Part shown: positions 1 to 7,500 of the stretch, in pieces | How the letters are laid out: the number at the start of each line of letters is the position of its first letter | How positions within the stretch are numbered: position 1 is the stretch's first letter | Assembly: GCF_006345805.1 (NCBI RefSeq) | Contig: NW_021825101.1 | Span: 1 to 16,811, forward strand | Length of the DNA: 16,811 bases | Source: Octopus sinensis | Taxonomy: Eukaryota | Reading direction: 5' to 3' | Made by a program: the position numbers and the translations under genes | Notes under the pieces: generated by a model | What the model was told of the DNA's origin: nothing | Database searches by the model: none | The model's input: only the letters and a program-made list of their open reading frames with translations

Positions 1-463
1 TGGCACTTGGTGAAGAATTGGAGTTTGATATAGCTACCCTCATTTGCCCTCTTGCCTTAGGTAGGTTCACCTGGGACTCTTGACAGGAAGATGTCCGCTT
101 TGATTAAAAAACCCTACATCCACTTAGTGTCAAGTTCCTCAGAACTCTTTGGGAGAAATAAAAAAAGCTGTGGTGCCCTTGAAACCCAGGCTGTTGTTGC
201 AGAAGCTGGTCCTGAAGCGTGATGGCATTGCTGGATCCTTGGCACTATGCAGTGTGTCCCGTTCTAGCATATATATATGTGTGTGTGTATGTGTATAGAA
301 ATATAATAAAAGGCTTCCAAATAAGGAAGCGTAGTGCTAGAAACACAAAAAGGGATAAATTCATATATTGTCTAATGACTAATTCGTCTTTTGTGCTTGG
401 CCACTGGTAATAATAATTTATTTTATTACCCTATTTGATTATGTTTAATTATATATATATATA

Positions 464-494
<31 letters not shown>

Positions 495-527
495 TATACA
501 TATATATACACATATATATATACATAT

Positions 528-560
<33 letters not shown>

Positions 561-1109
561 ACATCGTCCGTTTTTCTGTCCTTGTTTCGTATACATTCGA
601 TCCTTTTTCCAAGAAATCTAATGCTCATAGCTTAGTTTTTCCTTGGAGCTGGCCAGATCAGAGCAATCTCAAGATTAATCAGCTGAAATTGCAAGGATGA
701 TCCAGTTCTTGACTGAAGTTTTATCATGGCTACCGAAGAATTGTGACATATTACATTTACAGATATATATATATATATATATAATATACACGTATGAGAG
801 GGATGACCACTATGTGGACAACCCTTATGCTAGAAGTAGATCTGCTATTGTCTTACCAGTAAGAAATTTTCTTGAGAACATTATTTATTTTTCGTTATAT
901 GTTTAAGATTATATATATATATATATGAATAAAATATAAATTAGAGATAAAACCACTATTATGCAACTCAAACAGTGATAGACATAAACCAATACATAAA
1001 TAACCAATATTTATATATATAATTTTTTTTTATTAAATTTATTACTTATAAATAGATCTCAAAAAGTATAAAATGAATGATAAAAATATAATAGAATATG
1101 TAAAAATAC

Positions 1110-1203
1110 TACGTATGTTTCATGGCTACAATTAAATTCGAATTACAATTAAGCTTAAATTCAATTGAAATAAATTCGATTTAAAATTATAGTCAATCTT
1201 CAG
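1110..1203 (-). ncRNA. Incomplete hammerhead-like fold (core and stems II/III present, stem I absent); Penelope-type terminus relic
   Basis: Minus strand: CTGAAGA (1203-1197), long imperfect stem II TTGACTATAA/TTGTAGCCAT extended by TTAAATCGAATT/AATTCGAATTTAA, then GAAAC-ATAC-GTA. Flanks show no stem I complementarity. Confidence 0.4.
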
Positions 1204-1660
1204 TTAATGAAATATAAATAAATAATAGCAAATAATAGAGTTAAACAATATTTATTTAAGAAATAAATAAGTAATAATTTTTCTTATAGAAAAAACTCTA
1301 TTAACTAAATTATAAACTTAAAACAGGATTATTTCTTACAACACATTTATTATGTTAGATATTTAATTTTTGATTTTTAAGGTAAAAAAATAGATAGAAA
1401 TATGTATTTATCTTTGAAGATATAATTTGGCCTTAAAAAACATAATAAACTCTGAAATATCTTTAACTCAGTTATACTCCAATATTTAATTACCAAATTA
1501 TTTAACAAAATAATCACTATTAATATTTTTAATAGAGAAGAAGTGTTACTATATTTCAACCCCAGGAAAACATCTTTTCTTGCTGGCTATTGACACACAA
1601 CTTGTGTCTGATGTTTGTCTGTGTATTCATTCCTGTCTGTCTGTCTGTCCCTGTATACAG

Positions 1661-1895
1661 CGTTCCGTGCCCTCCTGGACAACTATGAGATGCAACTTGG
1701 TGAGGCGGAGTTCTACACATTTGAGGAGAAACAGGAGACGCTCCACTTCATAGACACAATCATGACAACGGAGGTGATGAAGGAGGCCCATAAGTTCTTG
1801 GTAGAACATGGTAAAGCACCGGAGGATGAGATAGAGTTTAAAACCAAGATTTTGCGACTCTGGTTCAAGTTGGTACGCCGTACCAAAGGTGACAG
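1661..1895 (+). CDS. ENDOU: EndoU/XendoU-family endoribonuclease, internal coding exon (first exon visible; upstream exon(s) outside the window)
   Basis: Translation (A)FRALLDNYEMQLGEAE...LWFKLVRRTKGD resembles the EndoU N-lobe (F..LLDNY; LWF.LY.R). Pyrimidine-rich tract and TACAG acceptor end at 1660 (phase 1); donor AG|GTCAGT at 1896 (phase 2) matches the next exon. Confidence 0.9.
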
Positions 1896-1970
1896 GTCAG
1901 TTATGTGATTATTTACTGCCTTTTAATCATTGCACTATGGCCATGCTGGAGCACTGCAATCAGATTTGGT

Positions 1971-2271
1971 GTGGAGGCACATGGTCTAGTGGTTAGAGCA
2001 GTGGACGCGCGGTCGATGGATCTCGGGTTCGAATCTTAGACCGGACGATGTGTGTGTGTTTATGAGTGAAACACCTAAGCTCCACGCGGCTCCGGCAGAA
2101 GGTAATGGCGAAACTTCTGCTGACTCTTTCGCCACAACTTTCTCTCACTCTTTCCTCCTTCATCTTGCAGCTCACCTGCGACGGACCGGCGTCCCGTCCA
2201 GGTGGGGAACCTATACGCCAAGAAACCGGGAAACCGGCGCTTATGAGCCAGGCATGGCTCGAGAAGGAACA
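1971..2271 (+). mobile_element. tRNA-derived SINE, second family (~300 nt)
   Basis: Pol III A box TGGTCTAGTGG (1982-1992) and B box GGTTCGAATCT (2026-2036) at tRNA spacing; GC-rich body; 3' end ...CCGGCGCTTATGAGCCAGGCATGGCTCGAGAAGGAACA resembles RTE-LINE-derived SINE tails (inference). Confidence 0.75.
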
Positions 2272-2275
2272 GATG

Positions 2276-2345
2276 GCCAGATAACCGAAGAGATGGTGTT
2301 GTGGATTTCCACTTCGGCATCCGAAACTCAGAGTTTTATCTTGGC
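2276..2345 (+). ncRNA. Type I hammerhead ribozyme-like fold with U4C core variant
   Basis: Stem I AGATAA (2279-2284)/TTATCT (2336-2341), extended by GCC/GGC; core CCGAAGA (2285-2291); stem II GATG/CATC plus one extra C; GAA (2323-2325); stem III ACTC-A-GAGT; GUU cleavage triplet ending at 2335. Confidence 0.6.
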
Positions 2346-2509
2346 TATTGAATAATAGTCACATATTAATTTACAGATAAAATTCCTCTATTTACATAAT
2401 ATTGAGGTCTCTTTCTTTCTTTTGTTATCTTACCGTTTTTACCTATATATATATATATATAATAGATGGATGGATGGTCATCTGGCTGGCTATACTGATG
2501 GATAGATAG

Positions 2510-2750
2510 ATCATCATCATCATCATCATCATCATCTAATGCCTGTTTGTTGTGGTGGCATGGGTTGGAGAGTTCCACAGAAAGGGACAAATCAGAAGGT
2601 TGCACCAGTCCCTGTTGTCTGCTTTGGCATTATTTGACCTTTCTAATGCCAACCATTGTATAGAGTGGGCTGAGTAGGTTTTACATGGCCCCAGCATTAG
2701 TGAGGTCACCAAGTAGCTTGCAAGAGAAAGAACCCTCAACTGAGACAGGG
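2510..2750 (-). mobile_element. Old RTE-type 3' end/SINE tail with (GAT)n terminus
   Basis: (ATC)n run followed by diverged similarity to 10321-10470 (CATGGGTTGG, CTAATGCCAACC). Confidence 0.55.
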
Positions 2751-2857
2751 AGTAATATTGAGGGACAGAAAAAAAGGAGCTCCCTGCATATTATTCTTTT
2801 GTCATTATTAATATTCAGCAGAAGTCATATAGTGTCTTCAGGGCCCAGAGTTTTGTG

Positions 2858-2965
2858 TATTGGCAATTATCAAGGTATGCAGCCATAGAAAGTCTGCCTC
2901 AACAAGTCTCCTCTGATCCATGCAAGCATTGAAAAATGGATGTTAAAACAAATGATGCTGATGAT
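2858..2965 (+). mobile_element. Old RTE-type 3' end fragment with (GAT)n terminus
   Basis: TTGGCAATTATCAAGGTATGCAGCCATAGAAA...CCATGCAAGCATTGAAAAATGGATGTTAAAAC-(GAT)n, a diverged reverse complement of 10321-10470. Confidence 0.55.
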
Positions 2966-3049
2966 CCCCCATTTTGTGTCCTGCCTCTGTCCTCCTACAT
3001 TGCTCTTTCTGATGTCATGCTTATCTCTCTTACCCTTCTTTTGTTTTAG

Positions 3050-3200
3050 GGACCAGGATTCATCCAGTTTTGAACATGTCTTTGTTGGGGAGACCAAGCA
3101 AGAGGGGATGATCGGTCTCCACAACTGGATGCAGTATTATCTCCAGGAGAAAGCTAGCAATATTGATTATCAGGGCTACAAAAAAAGGTGTACAGTTCTG
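3050..3200 (+). CDS. ENDOU: EndoU exon carrying both catalytic histidines
   Basis: DQDSSSFEHVFVGETKQEGMIGLHNWMQYYLQEKASNIDYQGY matches the family signature (SGFEHVFVGE...G.HNW...YLQEK...DY.GY). Polypyrimidine tract and TTTAG acceptor end at 3049 (AG|G completes Arg); donor CTG|GTGAGA at 3201 (phase 0). Confidence 0.93.
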
Positions 3201-3274
3201 GTGAGAACACTGTCCATATCTGTCTGTCTGTGTGGTTTCAATTGTTTGTCTGTCTCTCTTTATATATATATATA

Positions 3275-3673
3275 TACTCTTTTACTCTTTTACTTGTTTC
3301 AGTCATTTGACTGTGGCCATGCTGGAGCACCGCCTTTAGTCGAGCAAATCGACCCCAGGACTTATTCTTTGTAAGCCTAGTACTTATTCTATCGGTCTCT
3401 TTTTGCCGAACCACTAAGTGACGGGGACGTAAACACACCAGCATCAGTTGTCAAGCAATGCTAGGGGGACAAACACAGACACACAAACACATATATACAT
3501 ATATATACATATATACGACAGGCTTCTTTCAGTTTCCGTCTACCAAATCCACTCACAAGGCATTGGTCGGCCCGGGGCTATAGCAGAAGACACTTGCCCA
3601 AGATGCCACGCAGTGGAACTGAACCCGGAACCATGTGGTTGGTTAGCAAGCTACTTACCACACAGCCACTCCT
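3275..3673 (-). mobile_element. ~400-nt tRNA-headed SINE (family 1), near full length, in EndoU intron
   Basis: Minus strand: A box TGGCTGTGTGG, B-box-like GGTTCAGTTCC, body, internal (TA)/(TG) microsatellite, 3' domain ending in (AGTAAAAG)n; collinear with 9129-9523 and other copies. Confidence 0.9.
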
Positions 3674-3830
3674 TACCAGTGGCCTAGCACAAAAAACGAA
3701 TTAGTCATTAGACTATATATTATTCATATAGAAATACAATAAGAGGCTTCCAAATAGGGAAGCGTTGTGCTAGAAACACAAAAAGGGACAAATTCATGAA
3801 AGGAATGAAATCAAAAACATTTATCATCTC

Positions 3831-3920
3831 AGCTATATCCCAGACCGACGGTTTCTAACTATTTCCAGCAAACAAACAAAATATATTAGCCAAAGGCAAG
3901 TTTCTTCAGTGGGACAGCCT
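3831..3920 (-). ncRNA. Type I hammerhead ribozyme fold, canonical core, GUC site
   Basis: Minus strand: stem I TCCCA (3914-3910)/TGGGA (3842-3838), extendable GGCTG/TAGCT; CTGAAGA (3909-3903); stem II AACT/AGTT plus one extra A and a large loop; GAA (3855-3853); stem III ACCG-T-CGGT; C17 at 3843. Confidence 0.7.
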
Positions 3921-4066
3921 TAATATATATATATATATATATATATATAATAAAAGCAATTAAGATACAAGTCAATTCTAATGAATTTACTTGAATGTGG
4001 TACTTAACTTAGATGCACCAGTAAACTATATGGTATTAACCATACAGTGATGTGGGGTGATTATAA

Positions 4067-4444
4067 ACGAGAAAGAAGCAACAAGAATGGATTAGTATGA
4101 AATTCCTCCTCATATCTCTGGAAATTTACATCTACACTACGGATTAATTCACCTTCTCTGTGAAGCTAATAAGCTTTTTTTAAAAACCTGTGATAAGACT
4201 GTGCATCATCATTAAGGAACTTCGGAAATCTGTTTACAACCTAAATCTGCTTTTAATGAAATTATCTCCAATACTTCATGAGTATAGCCTCACCCACTAA
4301 GATGATTGGAGAACTCATATGTATTTTAGCTGATGAGTACGAGACACTTTTTTCTGCTGCAATTTTTGCAACTTTTAATAAAGCCTGTCTTTGTATGAAA
4401 CAATTGTACTAAAAACTAATCCATTCTTGTTGCTTCTTTCTCGT
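4067..4444 (+). mobile_element. 378-nt non-coding unit bounded by a perfect 30-bp inverted repeat and containing a hammerhead (mini Penelope-like element or MITE-like)
   Basis: ACGAGAAAGAAGCAACAAGAATGGATTAGT (4067-4096) is the exact reverse complement of 4415-4444; TA-rich flanks on both sides. Confidence 0.7.
4321..4414 (+). ncRNA. Type I hammerhead ribozyme fold, fully canonical core, palindromic stem III
   Basis: Stem I TTTTAG (4324-4329)/CTAAAA (4409-4414); CTGATGA (4330-4336); stem II GTACGAGACA/TGTCTTTGTAT; GAA (4397-4399); stem III palindrome ACAATTGT (4400-4407); GUA triplet, predicted cut after 4408. Confidence 0.82.
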
Positions 4445-4457
4445 ATATATATATATA

Positions 4458-4498
<41 letters not shown>

Positions 4499-4789
4499 AT
4501 TCCACCCATCCATCTGTCTATTCATCTACCTACTACCTACCTACTAGTGACATACCTATCCATCCATCCAGCTGTCCTTCAGTCTCTCTGACTCTTTCTA
4601 TCTGTATGTATGCATGTATCATACCTGTCTATCTGTTTGTCTGTTTGTTTGTGTATATATATATATATATATTTATATACGGGTAGGGAAAGTAAAAAGA
4701 AAAAGTAAAATGCACATTAAGTACGAAAGTAATGTTTTTTTTTTTAAAGAATACAAAGATTTGTAATTACAGATAAATGATTTGAAGTG

Positions 4790-5380
4790 GGCACAATCCA
4801 AGAGACAACGAGGCATTTACCATTATCATCCAAAATTTACCCATTCTCACTGGAGATAAAACAATGAACGAAATTTTGGGCTCATACAAAATTATCAAAA
4901 GCAAAATGCAACCCAAAATCATTGAAAACAATATTAATCAGTGCAAGACTATATCCCTTAACAATGAAACCAAAAGTGGAGAAATGCAGACACCCTAACT
5001 GTGGTACATGCCCCCACCTTTTGGAGGGTACAGAATTTTTCTCCAATATCTAAGTGAAATATTTAAGATAAAGTCAAATTTCACTTGTGCCTCTGAAAAT
5101 TTAATCTATGCTGTTACCTGCTTATGTTGCGGGAACCACTATATAGGCCAATCACGAATGTCCCTCAAATGAAGAACAACACTTCACAAAGAAAAAATCT
5201 GCATTTCACAATATAGACAGATGTGCTAGGAACCTGAAAGCAAACTTCCTAATTTTCCCTTTTTATCAATGTTCCCAGAACACCTCAGCACAGCAAAGAT
5301 TAAATAAAGAGGCAGCTTTCATTAATAAATATCAGCCACAACTTAACATGAACACACAATTTAGTATAGCACACTACTAA
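4790..5380 (+). pseudogene. Decayed Penelope-like element ORF C-terminus: Zn-finger-like linker and GIY-YIG endonuclease
   Basis: Frameshifted translation: HNPRDNEAFTIIIQNLPILTGDKTMNEILGSYKIIKSKMQPK / KVEKCRHPNCGTCPHL (from 4973) / IKSNFTCASENLIYAVTCLCCGNHYIGQSRMSLK*RTTLHK (5068-5190; IY at 5104-5109, YIG at 5140-5148) / FLIFPFYQC...QRLNKEAAFINKYQPQLN. Not in the ORF track because of stops and frameshifts. Confidence 0.85.
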
Positions 5381-5570
5381 CCTCACCAATACCAATAATA
5401 CCACTAATTCCATATACCATTCATATTTCAGTATTCATATCTACCTTAATTGCATCACTTTCAGAACTGCTTACCTCCCTTGCATGCAGTCTTTTAACTC
5501 GGGTATTATTAGACCCAACACTGTTTAAAAATTGGCGTTGATTCAAAGTCAGTGACCAGTTACATATATA

Positions 5571-5734
5571 ATGGGTTTCTTTCATTTTCCATCTACTAAA
5601 TCCACTCATAAGGCTTTGTTTGGTTGGAGGCTATAGAAGAAGATACTTGCCTAAGGTGCTACGCAGTGGGATTAAACCCAGAACCATGTGGTTGGGAAGC
5701 AAGTTTCTGACCACAAAGCCAAGCCTGCACCTAT
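5571..5734 (-). mobile_element. Diverged family 1 SINE 5' half (tRNA head and body)
   Basis: Reverse complement aligns to 9129-9290 with many substitutions (TGGCTTTGTGG, GGTTTAATCCCACTGCGT, GAGTGGATTTAGTAGATGGAAAATGAAAGAA). Confidence 0.8.
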
Positions 5735-5740
5735 TGTGAG

Positions 5741-5860
5741 ATGCTTATTGCCCATGGGTTTCCCAAACGGTCACCCATCTAAATACTCACTAGGCTTGAT
5801 TCTGTTTAACTTCTCTTATGAGGTGAGAACTGATGCATTCAATGTGACATGGCCATTTGT
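5741..5860 (-). pseudogene. Full-length 5S rRNA-derived sequence (5S pseudogene or SINE3-type head)
   Basis: Reverse complement ACAAATGGCCATGTCACATTGAATGCATCAGTTCTCACCTCATAAGAGAAGTTAAACAGAATCAAGCCTAGTGAGTATTTAGATGGGTGACCGTTTGGGAAACCCATGGGCAATAAGCAT aligns without gaps over 120 nt to a metazoan 5S rRNA recalled from memory (about two-thirds identical by hand; GATGGGTGACCG C box and GAAGTTAA A-box start retained). Too diverged for a functional rRNA. Confidence 0.85.
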
Positions 5861-5990
5861 ATATGTGTGTGTATGTGCATGCAATTTGTTTCCCCATGTA
5901 TGGTTCTTCTATTTACTTAATATATATATGCTTTTGTCTCTTTCTTTCTTTTCTTTTTTTTGCAACCACAACAACAACAACAACATGAAG

Positions 5991-6254
5991 GATGATGAAG
6001 TCGATCGCATAATATGTACCAAGTTCCTGTGGCGAGGTCGAACGGGCAAAGCAGCGTGTAGCATGTTCCTGGGAAGCAGTCCAGAATTTGATATTGCAGT
6101 GTTCACCACCTGCTTCCTAATGGGCAAGATCGGTCACTGTGACTATCAGATAGGGGAATACGAGGTGGAGGTGGTCGTCTACCCTTTTGGCTCTGTCATT
6201 GGAACAGCTTACATCGTTCCAGCACGCATGGATGAGGACGACGCCAAGAAATGA
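5991..6254 (+). CDS. ENDOU: EndoU terminal coding exon (catalytic Lys, GSSPEF motif, IGTAY end)
   Basis: DDEVDRIICTKFLWRGRTGKAACSMFLGSSPEFDIAVFTTCFL...IGTAYIVPARMDEDDAKK; TGA at 6252-6254 followed by TAG. The AG at 5989-5990 is the first AG after the 5930-5961 pyrimidine tract and gives phase 0, matching the previous donor. The exact 5' boundary is less certain than the exon. Confidence 0.88.
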   Translation, partial: DDEVDRIICTKFLWRGRTGKAACSMFLGSSPEFDIAVFTTCFLMGKIGHCDYQIGEYEVEVVVYPFGSVIGTAYIVPARMDEDDAKK

Positions 6255-6359
6255 TAGAAAGAAGATAAGACAGGGATGGAAACGCTGCTGATGGGAGGAT
6301 GAAGAAGAAAGAAAACACTGCAACAAAACTCACATCCATACATACACATTCATATATGC

Positions 6360-6403
<44 letters not shown>

Positions 6404-6407
6404 GTTA

Positions 6408-6413
6408 AATAAA
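6408..6413 (+). promoter_or_regulatory. Candidate polyadenylation signal of the EndoU gene
   Basis: AATAAA 154 nt after the stop codon; such hexamers are common by chance in this AT-rich DNA. Confidence 0.3.
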
Positions 6414-6472
6414 ATAAGATAACAAGGCCAAGGCAATGTGATATTTCTAGGACACTTTTAAAGAGAAAGATG

Positions 6473-6520
6473 GCCTTACAGCTGTTTCAGGGAAACAACC
6501 TAAACCCCATCATCAGAGAC
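6473..6520 (-). ncRNA. Compact type I hammerhead ribozyme fold, canonical core, palindromic stem III
   Basis: Minus strand: GTCT-CTGATGA (6516-6510)-TGGGG...CCCT-GAA (6488-6486)-ACAGCTGT (6485-6478)-A (6477)-AGGC. Stem I only 4 bp with one G-U pair; stem II opens with a U-U mismatch. Confidence 0.62.
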
Positions 6521-6680
6521 AAGTTAAGAGAGTCGAAATGGAAAGAATTAGTAGAGTTGTTATAAAAGAAGTTATATAATAGGAAAGGGAGAGATACGGA
6601 AGGGAGTTTAACAGCACTGCTTTTGTAGCACTTACATAGCCTTACCTGGCTTTTGGATCTTCAGGATACTAAAGCCTCTC

Positions 6681-6712
<32 letters not shown>

Positions 6713-6955
6713 CCAATGGGGAAGGCTGGTTACAGGATTACTATGGGTTTCCTGTCCTTAAGGTTTTAGCTTTATGGTGTATCATCAGGCCCAAAACCTG
6801 TAGGCCTAGACCTCTCTAATTATATATATATATATAGATATATATATATATAATATCAATAATAATAAAGGTGAAATTAATCAATTTAGAAATAATCATT
6901 ATTTCACAAGTAGAGTTCGGCATGTAAAAGACCCATTCAAGGAAGGTTTAAGTAA

Positions 6956-7135
6956 TACTAAGTAATTAAGGGTTTAGCAACGATTCCCTCACCACACACC
7001 GAATTTAAATAGCAGTCAAAAAGTTTTGGCTATTCTTTCTACTTAAAGTAGAAAGAATAGCCAAAGCTTTTGACTGCTATTTCTAAATTCGGTGTGTGGT
7101 GAGGCAAATCGTTGCTAAACCCTATTACTTAGTTA
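6956..7135. repeat. Near-perfect long palindrome (~88-nt arms, 1-3 nt loop centred on 7045)
   Basis: GGGTTTAGCAACGATTCCCTCACCACACACCGAATTTAAATAGCAGTCAAAAAGTTTTGGCTATTCTTTCTACT-TAA-AGTAGAAAGAATAGCCAAAGCTTTTGACTGCTATTTCTAAATTCGGTGTGTGGTGAGGCAAATCGTTGCTAAACCC; few mismatches or indels. Confidence 0.92.
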
Positions 7136-7454
7136 TATATATTATATATATACTTAGTTAATTAAGATCCTGGTAAAACCTTCTAGAGTGCTTTGCCAAG
7201 CTCAACCACAGTTATTAGTTATCTGAGGCCAACATGCAGTTTATATAAATAGATAAATGATAGAGAATGGATTGTATGATGTTCTTCATTTAAAACCACT
7301 ACAGTTGTTCTGGCATATTTTTATACTCATAATACATGGTGGGGTTATGTAAACTATATCATCTCATCAATGTATTGCAAGTGTAAAAATTTGGCGAAAC
7401 GGTTGTAGAGATTTTAAATAAAGAACATTATTCAATACATTTTCTGTCATTTAT

Positions 7455-7469
7455 CTGTTTATATATATG

Positions 7470-7500
<31 letters not shown>

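Noticed and set aside
1-290. Relatively GC-rich segment considered as the missing first EndoU exon or a LINE end
   Set aside because: No frame resembles the EndoU N-terminus and no clear LINE motif was found; left unannotated.
798-827. Hairpin GAGGGATGACCACTATGTGGACAACCCTT
   Set aside because: May be stem II of a decayed terminus, but neither core half is recognisable.
1240-1580. Very AT-rich stretch with a 60-aa minus-strand ORF; considered as NUMT or Penelope ORF start (GLKY)
   Set aside because: No recognisable mitochondrial gene or continuous protein motif; cannot be assigned without a search.
1971-2045. tRNA-like sequence with A and B boxes
   Set aside because: No complete cloverleaf or acceptor stem, and it continues into a SINE body. 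The same applies to the family 1 heads, so no tRNA gene is called.
1661-6520. Idea that the ribozymes and the EndoU nuclease form one functional RNA-processing system
   Set aside because: Both chemistries leave 2',3'-cyclic phosphates, but the ribozyme folds also occur outside the gene and on both strands within repeats; co-location is adequately explained by repeat density.
6730-6810. Minus-strand CTGATGA followed 30 nt later by GAAAC
   Set aside because: No convincing stem II and no adjacent stem I pairing.
7361-7412. ATCTC...GAAAC-GGTT-GTA-GAGAT, resembling stems I and III of a hammerhead
   Set aside because: The CUGANGA element is absent (ATCAATG in its place) and stem II is weak; at most a dead relic.
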